Source of the DNA: a virus | Lineage: Duplodnaviria > Heunggongvirae > Uroviricota > Caudoviricetes | Direction: 5' to 3' (one strand) | Virus record (IMG/VR): IMGVR_UViG_2778261667_000005 | Coordinates: 1-8,851 of that record | DNA: 8,851 nt | Part shown: positions 1-6,464 of the stretch, piece by piece | Layout: the number at the start of each line of letters is the position of its first letter | Position numbering within the stretch: position 1 is the first letter of the stretch | Position numbers and translations under genes: made by a program | The notes under the pieces: generated by a model | The model's input: the letters and a program-made list of their open reading frames with translations, nothing else | The model's database searches: none | What the model was told of the DNA's origin: nothing

Positions 1-1
1 G

Positions 2-214
2 GATAAATCGCATAAGGAAACTTGTGAAGTATTCAGCAAACAACCGCCGAGAACCCTCGCCCAATGCGGGCGGGGAGCAGTCACGAAAGCGCCTGGTGGC
101 GGCAGTCATCAGAAAGTGAGCCTGAACGGAAAGCGGTCGGTTTTCCCGGATCACGGTTCAAAGGAAATGCCTGAACCGCTACGCAAGAAAATAATGAGGG
201 ACCTGGGGCTTTAA
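2..214 (+). CDS. hicA: HicA-family toxin (mRNA interferase), 5' end truncated by window edge
   Basis: Frame 2 is open from the first base with no start codon in the window and ends at TAA 212-214. The translated C-terminus ...APGGGSHQKVSLNGKRSVFPDHGSKEMPEPLRKKIMRDLGL has the HicA pattern (GSH, conserved basic patch, P-x-H, C-terminal LGL) and resembles E. coli HicA as I recall it. It is followed 30 nt later by hicB. Not in the ORF track because the start lies outside the window. Confidence 0.7.
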   Translation, partial: DKSHKETCEVFSKQPPRTLAQCGRGAVTKAPGGGSHQKVSLNGKRSVFPDHGSKEMPEPLRKKIMRDLGL

Positions 215-244
215 GCCCCTGCCTTTTTCAATAGGAGTTTCTCT

Positions 245-676
245 ATGTTTAACTATCCAGTAAAACTGGAGCGCGACGACGAAACCGGTGCGTATGTCGT
301 ATCATGCCGCGACCTGCCTTTGTTTAATTCCGTGGGTGACTCAGTTGAAGAAGCCTTGCTTGAGGCTGGTTATGGATTGGTTGCAGCGGTTGCGATTGAG
401 ATTAAAGAACGGCGACCTGTGCCCACTGGTAGCAAGCCAAAAGAAGGAGAGTATGTTGTCTCCCTGCCAGTACTACCAGCAATGAAGGCTGCACTCCACA
501 ACGCGATGATAGAAACTGGTACACGTAAAGCAGAGTTGGCGCGCAAACTCAGAAAAAATGGAACACAGATTGATCGGCTTCTCGACGTCGAACACTCATC
601 AAAAGTTGAAACTGTCGAGCTTGCGCTGCATCAACTGAATAAAAATATCGCTGTATCTGTAACTTCCATGCGGTGA
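245..676 (+). CDS. hicB: HicB-family antitoxin (HicB fold plus C-terminal DNA-binding domain)
   Basis: 143 aa ORF with SD AGGAG at 233-237, 7 nt before ATG 245. N-terminal MFNYPVKLERDDETGAYVVSCRDLP... matches the HicB N-terminal fold pattern; the C-terminal third (...TGTRKAELARKLRKNGTQIDRLL...) looks like a small HTH/RHH DNA-binding module. Sits directly downstream of hicA in the canonical toxin-antitoxin order. Confidence 0.8.
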   Translation: MFNYPVKLERDDETGAYVVSCRDLPLFNSVGDSVEEALLEAGYGLVAAVAIEIKERRPVPTGSKPKEGEYVVSLPVLPAMKAALHNAMIETGTRKAELARKLRKNGTQIDRLLDVEHSSKVETVELALHQLNKNIAVSVTSMR

Positions 677-713
677 CTTCTTTCTTATCGTGCAACACCC
701 CCCCATGAAAGGC

Positions 714-741
714 TTTAACGATGTCACCGCTTCAATATAAA
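714..741 (+). promoter_or_regulatory. Candidate sigma70 promoter for the 99 aa gene (TTTAAC - 16 nt - TATAAA)
   Basis: -35-like TTTAAC at 714-719, 16 nt spacer, -10-like TATAAA at 736-741, about 20 nt upstream of ATG 763. Motif match by eye only. Confidence 0.25.
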
Positions 742-762
742 AAGTTTTAATCGAGGAAAGAT

Positions 763-1062
763 ATGACCAGCATAGAAACGAAACACCTTTGGAATTTGCT
801 CCCTAAGTTTAAAAGCAATAAAGTCCTTCATGCATCAAAAATCAAAAATATCGAGATTATCTCATCGATTGGTAATACCCCTATTTGTGGCTATATCACA
901 TTAATGGAACCCCAAGGCGTAACAGTTCGTGTTGATGCAGCGTTTTTGCAAAAACACCGGCCAGATACTGGCGGCTATCTGCTCGGTTATGAGGACGGTT
1001 ATCTGTCCTATTTGCCGGAAGAACCATTTGAAGATATTTTCAAATATATTGCCGACGCGTGA
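763..1062 (+). CDS. Hypothetical 99 aa protein with acidic C-terminus; no family recognised
   Basis: ORF with SD GAGG at 753-756. Product MTSIETKHLWNLLPKF...YLPEEPFEDIFKYIADA. AT-richer than its neighbours by eye (roughly 40% GC). Followed by an intrinsic terminator. Confidence 0.65.
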   Translation: MTSIETKHLWNLLPKFKSNKVLHASKIKNIEIISSIGNTPICGYITLMEPQGVTVRVDAAFLQKHRPDTGGYLLGYEDGYLSYLPEEPFEDIFKYIADA

Positions 1063-1102
1063 CAAAATACCTTTGTTTTGTTCTTCCTTTGCCTTGATTC
1101 AC

Positions 1103-1136
1103 CGCAAACTCTTCCCGTTTCGCAGTTTGCTTTTTG
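1103..1136 (+). terminator. Rho-independent terminator for the plus-strand hicAB/orf99 unit
   Basis: Stem GCAAACT (1104-1110) pairs with AGTTTGC (1124-1130) around a 13 nt loop, followed by TTTTT (1131-1135). On the minus strand the A-run precedes the stem, so this is plus-strand specific. Confidence 0.45.
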
Positions 1137-1149
1137 AGGCGAACATTCC

Positions 1150-1178
1150 CGCCCGCCACCAAAGCGGGCGTCGGTTTG
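1150..1178 (+). terminator. Second GC-rich stem-loop (possible tandem or backup terminator)
   Basis: CGCCCGC (1150-1156) pairs with GCGGGCG (1164-1170) around a 7 nt loop, followed by tcggTTTgtg. Lies between the convergent orf99 and the 461 aa gene. Confidence 0.3.
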
Positions 1179-1189
1179 TGGGGCATGAT

Positions 1190-2575
1190 TCATTTTTCTA
1201 GGGGAACAGTTACCCGTTTTGTCGGGCTTTCAAACATAACAAAGTTAAGCCCTTTCCCCTCACCATATTCCTGTTCAATCTCATCAGAAACGGCGGTTAA
1301 AATATTACGCAGATCGACATCTCCACCACCGAACATATCGCCAAGCGCCTGTTGTTTATGAATCAGCTCGTCGTTGATTTTTTGTGCCATTTTTTTGAAT
1401 GCTGCCCCCATACGCTTCGCGCTACGATTATTTGCTACGATGAATAGCGCCAACGCCTCCGCTTCCGGCGTGCTGTCGCCAAATAACCCCCTTTGGGCGA
1501 TCACTTCTTCAACGGCCTGACCATTGTCTTTGGCTTCACGAACAAGATTGATTGCTTCCTGGAGTGCCGCAATTGCCTGTGTATCCAGACCATTAACTTG
1601 CTCTATACCGTCCACTAAACCAGTTACGGCGCCATGGTGAACGTCGCCAGACAGCGACTGCATTTGCGCAAAATCGCTGGCAGCCGTATTTAATGCGGTA
1701 AGTATATTGCGCATTTCCGGATCCGGTTCTTCCGCGACAAACCGAACAAGCCTTTCATCCTTGTACGCTTTGGCAAAAATTGCATTCTGGATGCGATCGA
1801 TAAGCTGTTTCGTTGGGCGCCCATCGGCAGTAAGCAAACCTGCCGTCGCTGTATCGCCTATTTCGCGCAAAAACGCACGAATAAACGCATCATTAGACCG
1901 TGCCAGCAGATTTCCATCATCTGAAGGATTAAATAGCGCCATGACGCTCTCAGTGAGAAATTGCGCATCCGCATACGCTTTTTCACTTGCTGCCATCTCT
2001 TGCAGATCGCTAATGTTTGAATCGCGGGCAAATTGAGCGCGGTCTACATCTGTGAGTCTTTCTCGCACCAGTACGGGCATAGACATTTGCGAAATTTCGT
2101 CAGGATTCAGACCAAACTCTTTCGCATGGTCGATCAAGTACTGACGATACTCATCCGCCTGTCCTTGCTCATAGGCACGCCAGATCCCCATACTCCTTCC
2201 GTTGCCGGATTCAACAACGTTGTCCGGACCAACTATCGGCGCTCCGTGGCTGCTCATACCGGAATCCGTTAATTGTGCCGGGCGTAAAGTGGAGGCAATG
2301 CGGTTAACCTGAAGTTTACTGGATAGACGTGTGCGATCACGTGGCTGGAGTTCTTCCGGGAAGGCCGGGTTAATCGTACCGTCAAGGTTATTCGAAATGA
2401 TTAGGCTACTGGCATCAACAACCTTAAAAGCTGTCTTTACCTCTGCGCCTTTGCTGGTGACTACGTAGCTACTTCGTCCCAGGCGAGTTTCTTTCCTCTC
2501 TAATGAAGAAACCAGAGCAATGATGCTGTTAATGTCTGCGGCCTCGGAAAGCGCAGAAGTAACTGACTTGTTCAC
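1190..2575 (-). CDS. ParB/Srx-like domain protein (461 aa); terminal gene of the Dar-like operon (P1 ddrB position), function unknown
   Basis: Long ORF starting at GTG 2575 with SD AGGGGGAG 6 nt upstream. Residues about 50-135 (KVVDASSLIISNN...EELQPRDRTRLSSKLQVNRIAS...GAPIVGPDNVVESGNGRSMGIW) follow the ParB N-terminal domain layout (beta strand, QPR box, helix, G-x-x-R box) with SGNGRS in place of the canonical GERRxRA. QPRDR is encoded at 2333-2347. Confidence 0.6.
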   Translation of the reverse strand: MNKSVTSALSEAADINSIIALVSSLERKETRLGRSSYVVTSKGAEVKTAFKVVDASSLIISNNLDGTINPAFPEELQPRDRTRLSSKLQVNRIASTLRPAQLTDSGMSSHGAPIVGPDNVVESGNGRSMGIWRAYEQGQADEYRQYLIDHAKEFGLNPDEISQMSMPVLVRERLTDVDRAQFARDSNISDLQEMAASEKAYADAQFLTESVMALFNPSDDGNLLARSNDAFIRAFLREIGDTATAGLLTADGRPTKQLIDRIQNAIFAKAYKDERLVRFVAEEPDPEMRNILTALNTAASDFAQMQSLSGDVHHGAVTGLVDGIEQVNGLDTQAIAALQEAINLVREAKDNGQAVEEVIAQRGLFGDSTPEAEALALFIVANNRSAKRMGAAFKKMAQKINDELIHKQQALGDMFGGGDVDLRNILTAVSDEIEQEYGEGKGLNFVMFESPTKRVTVPLEK

Positions 2576-2644
2576 AATACACTCCCCCTATAGAGAAAGC
2601 TGGAAGTGTAAAAAGTGTGTGATTTATGGAGGCACAAGTAAGTG

Positions 2645-2666
2645 AAAGGGGCATTTCAACCCCTTT
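2645..2666. terminator. 7 bp stem-loop in the 94 nt gap between the 122 aa and 461 aa genes (possible attenuator)
   Basis: AAAGGGG (2645-2651) pairs with CCCCTTT (2660-2666) around an 8 nt loop. The T tract is partly inside the stem, so this is weak as a terminator. Confidence 0.25.
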
Positions 2667-2669
2667 TGA

Positions 2670-3038
2670 TTACCCGGCATAACCGTTGGCTTTCACCCAA
2701 CTTATGGTCTTCTCTTTAGCCTGCTCCAACGTCAGGAACTCGCCTACATAGTTTGAGAGTCCACGCAGCACATCAATAAACTCCATTTGCGTGGACTTTG
2801 TGAATTCCCCTCTAAGGAAGTCAGTCACTATCTTAGGAACTTCATCTACAACAGGAGCAGTCTGTTGTTGCAGCTCCGCTGCCGGTTGCGCGGCAGTCCC
2901 CAGTCCCAATTTCAGCATCACATCAACAATCTGCTTACCAATGGTGACGCGTTGCAATACTGGCGCGATTTTCTGCGCCTGCATTAGATCTGATAGCTCT
3001 TTACCTAATTTCAGGCGGTCTAAAACAGAGATAGTCAT
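2670..3038 (-). CDS. Small 122 aa protein, Dar-like operon member (P1 ddrA position, tentative)
   Basis: ATG at 3038-3036 overlaps the stop of the upstream 650 aa gene (TAATG). SD GGGAGG lies 7 nt upstream. No motif recognised; the call is by position and size only. Confidence 0.5.
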   Translation of the reverse strand: MTISVLDRLKLGKELSDLMQAQKIAPVLQRVTIGKQIVDVMLKLGLGTAAQPAAELQQQTAPVVDEVPKIVTDFLRGEFTKSTQMEFIDVLRGLSNYVGEFLTLEQAKEKTISWVKANGYAG

Positions 3039-4990
3039 TAAGCACCTCCCTGCTGAATTTCAGCCAGAATGTTGATCAGGTAGTCAACTGCTGCACCCAC
3101 AGTGGCTTCGTTCTCGTCGTATCGACCTGCACTGATAAGAGCGTTTGCAGCTTCCTGCACATGGTCAAGTTCGGCACTGATTACCGTCAGATCGCGGGAT
3201 GTAAACTGCACCGGGACGGATTTAAGGTACTCCAACGCTTTATCTGCTTCCTGATCAGCTTCAGTTGCCGCTTCTCCAGCGTCTTCCGGCGTTGGCTGTT
3301 GCTCTGGTTCTGTTTGTGGGTGTGATTCTGGCTCAACTACAGGTGCTAATTCAGGCTCTGGCGTTGCTTCGTTTGAATGATTTTGAAGGGCGTTATATAC
3401 GTCCATAATGAAAAGGTTCTCCCCATCACCAAGCGGATAAGCCACGTTCGGAAACTCTTTGCGGAAAAGAATTTTCACTTGCGCCTTGAATGTTTTCAGG
3501 TCACTGCCAAACAGGTCTACATAACCATCAATATGTTTCGACATGCTGGACGCAACCAATTGGCCTGCAAAATCTTTCAGCTCATCTTCATCAGGAAGAT
3601 AGAGCAACTCGTACTGGCTGACTTCTTCATCTGTCAGTTTACGGTCATACGTAATGATACCGTGACGTGCATATTCGTAATACTGATCAGCCTGGTCAGG
3701 ACGTCCAAATACGGCTTTATTTCCTTCCGGTACAGTACCTACACCAGCCGGACGAGACTGGAGTGCATAGCGGTATTTGCCAACATCTTCAAGGCTAGAT
3801 TGATAAAGCGCATGGCGATATTTGCTAACATTCTGTGTTGCCTGGCTGTTATTCTGATAACGGTTCAGATCCTGTGGCAACACATCCACCTTGTATTGTT
3901 CAGCTTTATGTCCGCGATAGGCTTTTAGCAATTTAGTGGCCGCATCTGCAAGAGTACCACCTTTAACAGTGCTGGTATCAATACAGTAGTTACCTTCAGG
4001 CGCTGAGATCGTAACATAGGTTTCAGCGCCTGACGTGACATAGTTAACCACCGCGCCGTTATCCAGTGTAGTTTTACCGCCAGTTGCGAGATTGTGTTTT
4101 ACGTGTCGAAGTTGGTCGCTGAACGCTCGTTCTTTCGTTTTTTCACCTTTAGCAGACAACAATTTATCGCGTTTTGCTTGTAATTCCTCGTTGATGGCTT
4201 TCTGGGCATCAAGTTTTTTTTGCATCTCCGTAAGAGCAGCACGCTTTTCAGTCAGACCACGTTGAGCTACTTCCACCTGATCAATCATTATTGACCGTTG
4301 TTCTGCTAGTTTATCTGCTTCATTGAGATAACTCTCAATATCTGCCTTCATTTTGTCCTGGCGCTCTTTTGCTTTCTTAAATTTTTCGCTGTTACGCTCA
4401 ATCAAATTAGATAGCGCCTGGCATACCTGGCTTAAAGAAACATCTCTCCCACCAATCGGGGCGACAACGTGAGTTACGTTACGCTTATTAAGTAAAAACT
4501 GAAATGCAACCAGTTCATCATTACCCTTGATTTTCGCGCCATCGGCGGTTGGAGAGTGGAAAATGATGCTTGTGCTTTGCCCATCAGTCAGTGGTATCTG
4601 TGCTGTTAAAACAGGAATATTAGCTACGCGACGAACACGCCCGATAATTGCTCCGCCAATACAATTCCGACCATTTTCATCCGCCCCTGCTTCATCAGTT
4701 CCGGCTGATATATTCGTTCCATTCAGGCCACGATTTAGCGCGCGCACGAAAGCCCGCATTGTTTGTGCAAGCCTGATTCTGGTCGTTGTGATGGCCTCAA
4801 ACATAGCTTCGTCGGACACAACAAGAATTTCATTGCCCATATAGGCAAGCTCGATATCTTCTAATGTAGCCGCTTCAAAAATCAGATCGTCTTCACTTAA
4901 ATCCTCCGAAGACCAGCGGCTTGGGGTATAACCAGGAATCGTATCAGCGAAAGTAGATTGAATATTGATCCGTATGGGATTCTTAATCAT
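3038..4990 (-). CDS. DarA-like large protein (650 aa), putative virion-packaged anti-restriction/head morphogenesis component (tentative)
   Basis: ATG at 4990-4988 overlaps the upstream stop (ATGA). N-terminal globular part, a K/E/A/Q-rich predicted coiled coil (residues about 198-292, nt about 4115-4399), and an acidic P/E-rich linker (nt 3239-3373). Size and operon position match P1 DarA as I recall it. The 205 aa upstream product repeats part of its architecture, as expected for Hdf (homolog of DarA fragment). Confidence 0.45.
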   Translation of the reverse strand: MIKNPIRINIQSTFADTIPGYTPSRWSSEDLSEDDLIFEAATLEDIELAYMGNEILVVSDEAMFEAITTTRIRLAQTMRAFVRALNRGLNGTNISAGTDEAGADENGRNCIGGAIIGRVRRVANIPVLTAQIPLTDGQSTSIIFHSPTADGAKIKGNDELVAFQFLLNKRNVTHVVAPIGGRDVSLSQVCQALSNLIERNSEKFKKAKERQDKMKADIESYLNEADKLAEQRSIMIDQVEVAQRGLTEKRAALTEMQKKLDAQKAINEELQAKRDKLLSAKGEKTKERAFSDQLRHVKHNLATGGKTTLDNGAVVNYVTSGAETYVTISAPEGNYCIDTSTVKGGTLADAATKLLKAYRGHKAEQYKVDVLPQDLNRYQNNSQATQNVSKYRHALYQSSLEDVGKYRYALQSRPAGVGTVPEGNKAVFGRPDQADQYYEYARHGIITYDRKLTDEEVSQYELLYLPDEDELKDFAGQLVASSMSKHIDGYVDLFGSDLKTFKAQVKILFRKEFPNVAYPLGDGENLFIMDVYNALQNHSNEATPEPELAPVVEPESHPQTEPEQQPTPEDAGEAATEADQEADKALEYLKSVPVQFTSRDLTVISAELDHVQEAANALISAGRYDENEATVGAAVDYLINILAEIQQGGA

Positions 4991-5604
4991 GCTTCATCCT
5001 CCAGTCGCGCGATTTCTTCTTTAAGCGCACGCGTCTTAGCTTGTTCCTGAGACAAGGCCGCTTTAACGTTATCCGCATCTTGCATTGCCTTGTCTGACTT
5101 GCTTTGGATCTTAGCCAGTTTGTCGTTAGCATTAGCGATATCTTCACGGAGTGCATCACGTGATTCTTTCGCTTCAGCTAATTTCTGAGCGTTAGATTTA
5201 ACTCCCTCCCGCTTCTTATTTCCGTCATCAATATTTTTTGCTACACGAGCAAGTTTTCGAGCTAATGACTTCTGGAAAGAAGTTGCTCCGCGATTAAATA
5301 AAGCCGCGAGAGACTGCCCCAAAGCCGCCATTGTTTTTACTGGCTTGAACGGTACTGTTTTACCATTCAGTTTTATCCCAGATATATCACCGGTATCGTT
5401 AACCTGGACTTCCATTGTCTGTTCATCAATACCAACAAGGGTAAACGTGCGCGTCATAATCCCATCTTTCTTCCTGCCATTACTAGCAGGGATCACCCTC
5501 GCTATCTTGTAACCACCTTTACTGATTTCTTTGACGAGTTTTGCCAGCCCCTTTTCGTTTAACTCATCATAATTAAGAAGAACATAATTAGTCTTATTTG
5601 ACAT
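4987..5604 (-). CDS. Hdf-like protein (about 205 aa): globular domain plus coiled coil paralogous to the middle of the 650 aa protein (tentative)
   Basis: I place the start at ATG 5604-5602, which has a near-perfect SD AAGGAG 6 nt upstream, rather than the GTG at 5619 used by the ORF track (no SD). Stop TGA at 4989-4987 overlaps the next start. Pattern IKLNGKTVPF...ALGQSLAALFNR + coiled coil parallels KIKGNDELVAF...SQVCQALSNLIER + coiled coil in the 650 aa protein. Confidence 0.45.
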   Translation of the reverse strand: MSNKTNYVLLNYDELNEKGLAKLVKEISKGGYKIARVIPASNGRKKDGIMTRTFTLVGIDEQTMEVQVNDTGDISGIKLNGKTVPFKPVKTMAALGQSLAALFNRGATSFQKSLARKLARVAKNIDDGNKKREGVKSNAQKLAEAKESRDALREDIANANDKLAKIQSKSDKAMQDADNVKAALSQEQAKTRALKEEIARLEDEA

Positions 5605-6040
5605 TCCAGTCTCCTTCACGCTTTTCGATCGTAAACTGGCGCTCTATGCTGTCATTGATAGGGAAAATGCGATAAAGCGGATTTAGTCGGCAGTTACCGT
5701 TTGTCAATGTGACTTTCAGATCCCACTTCGTTGGCTCAAGATATTTCGTATCGATGAGCAAATACTCTTCTCTCTCACCGCGTTTTGAAGCGTCAACTGG
5801 TCGCGTTTTCCCTGAAATAACCACCGATGGATTTTTCAGGTCTTGCAACCAATATTCGATTTGAGCGTTGCTCACCCAGCTTCGCTTAACACGTAGCGAA
5901 ACAGGAAATGCTATAGCGGATTCTTTCACTACAGCGTCACCAATACTCAAAATCTCAACGCTCTTGCGGCGAAATAAGAAACGGTCAACGACGGCAACAA
6001 ATGCCATGATAAAAATGAAATAATTTCCAAAGTTACCCAT
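5594..6040 (-). CDS. Membrane-anchored 148 aa protein (one N-terminal TM helix); LydB-like putative holin antagonist/lysis regulator (tentative)
   Basis: ATG at 6040-6038 overlaps the stop of the upstream holin-like gene (TAATG). SD GGTGGAG. N-terminal hydrophobic stretch YFIFIMAFVAVVDRFLF followed by a soluble domain. Confidence 0.4.
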   Translation of the reverse strand: MGNFGNYFIFIMAFVAVVDRFLFRRKSVEILSIGDAVVKESAIAFPVSLRVKRSWVSNAQIEYWLQDLKNPSVVISGKTRPVDASKRGEREEYLLIDTKYLEPTKWDLKVTLTNGNCRLNPLYRIFPINDSIERQFTIEKREGDWNVK

Positions 6041-6366
6041 TATTTCTCTCCACCTTTTCCCCCACTCATAATTACGCTTATGAGATTCAAGACATTGCCA
6101 GCTCTGGACTTCAAGCCTTGCAAGATTTCGCTTCCGTTGTTACTGGTAATCAGAACAACGCAGAAAATGATACCTTCAGGCCATTCTTGGCTAACCGCCA
6201 CTCCATACCCCGCAAGCCCGGCTGTTACCGCAGTAAACAATTCACTCGCAAGATTGAGCAGGGACGCAGAAATGCGCCCGTCTCTAACTCCGAGAAGGAA
6301 TACGCCGGTTCCACTTAGTAGGGATGTTATGACTACTACAGCCAGATTTTCATAATCTGCAAACAT
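6040..6366 (-). CDS. Holin-like small membrane protein (108 aa, three predicted TM helices, charged C-terminus); LydA-like
   Basis: ATG 6366-6364 with GGAGG upstream. Hydrophobic segments LAVVVITSLLSGTGVFLLGV, LLNLASELFTAVTAGLAGYGVAV and GIIFCVVLITS, with C-terminal GGKGGEK. First gene of the coupled operon. Confidence 0.5.
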   Translation of the reverse strand: MFADYENLAVVVITSLLSGTGVFLLGVRDGRISASLLNLASELFTAVTAGLAGYGVAVSQEWPEGIIFCVVLITSNNGSEILQGLKSRAGNVLNLISVIMSGGKGGEK

Positions 6367-6444
6367 ACCCCTCCAGAAATAACATCTAATGCGCCACTAA
6401 CTTAGTCAGTTTGTTATTTCTTTACAGAACATCTTGTGACAGCT

Positions 6445-6464
6445 CCCCGCCCTGTCGGGCGGGG
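6445..6464. other. Perfect 8 bp GC stem-loop (CCCCGCCC tgtc GGGCGGGG) without a U tract, in the intergenic region upstream of the holin-like gene
   Basis: Read directly from the sequence. Sits about 80-100 nt upstream of the minus-strand operon start. Neither strand has a T-run after it. Confidence 0.5.

Noticed and set aside
55-75. GC hairpin ending in GGGCGGGG inside hicA, resembling the 6445-6464 hairpin (same 3' arm); considered a REP-like or dispersed repeat element
   Set aside because: Only the 8-mer arm is shared. The copy at 55-75 lies in coding sequence and encodes conserved HicA residues. Two occurrences of a GC 8-mer in 8.8 kb are compatible with chance.
288-485. 65 aa plus-strand ORF overlapping hicB in another frame
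   Set aside because: Entirely inside the well-supported hicB frame; Cys/Leu-rich product typical of an out-of-frame artefact.
698-704. C7 homopolymer upstream of the orf99 promoter as a phase-variation tract
   Set aside because: Seven residues is short for efficient slipped-strand switching, and it lies outside the -35/-10 spacer, so a length change would not alter promoter geometry.
929-1361. Three overlapping small ORFs (929-1201 +, 1008-1193 -, 1134-1361 +) across the orf99 3' end and the convergent gap
   Set aside because: They overlap the supported orf99 and the terminator hairpins or the 3' end of the 461 aa gene, have no RBS, and give low-complexity Arg/Ser/Cys-rich translations.
1707-2272. 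Plus-strand ORFs of 109 and 79 aa antisense to the 461 aa gene
   Set aside because: Antisense shadow ORFs inside a long, well-supported coding frame; Ser/Arg/Ala-rich translations.
2787-3075. Plus-strand ORFs of 66 and 94 aa antisense to the 122 aa gene
   Set aside because: Antisense to a translationally coupled gene; Cys/Ser-rich artefactual composition.
3377-4844. Plus-strand ORFs of 183 aa (3377-3928) and 105 aa (4527-4844) antisense to the DarA-like gene
   Set aside because: Antisense shadow ORFs; the 183 aa one is hydrophobic and Ile/Phe-rich because it reads the complement of a Lys/Glu-rich coiled-coil coding region.
5617-5619. GTG start for the Hdf-like gene as given by the ORF track (210 aa)
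   Set aside because: It has no Shine-Dalgarno, whereas ATG 5604 lies 6 nt after a perfect AAGGAG, so I annotated the shorter 205 aa form. The GTG is actually part of the sequence surrounding that SD.
6080-6355. Plus-strand ORFs of 91 and 66 aa antisense to the holin-like gene
   Set aside because: Antisense to a gene whose product has clear TM-helix periodicity; no RBS.
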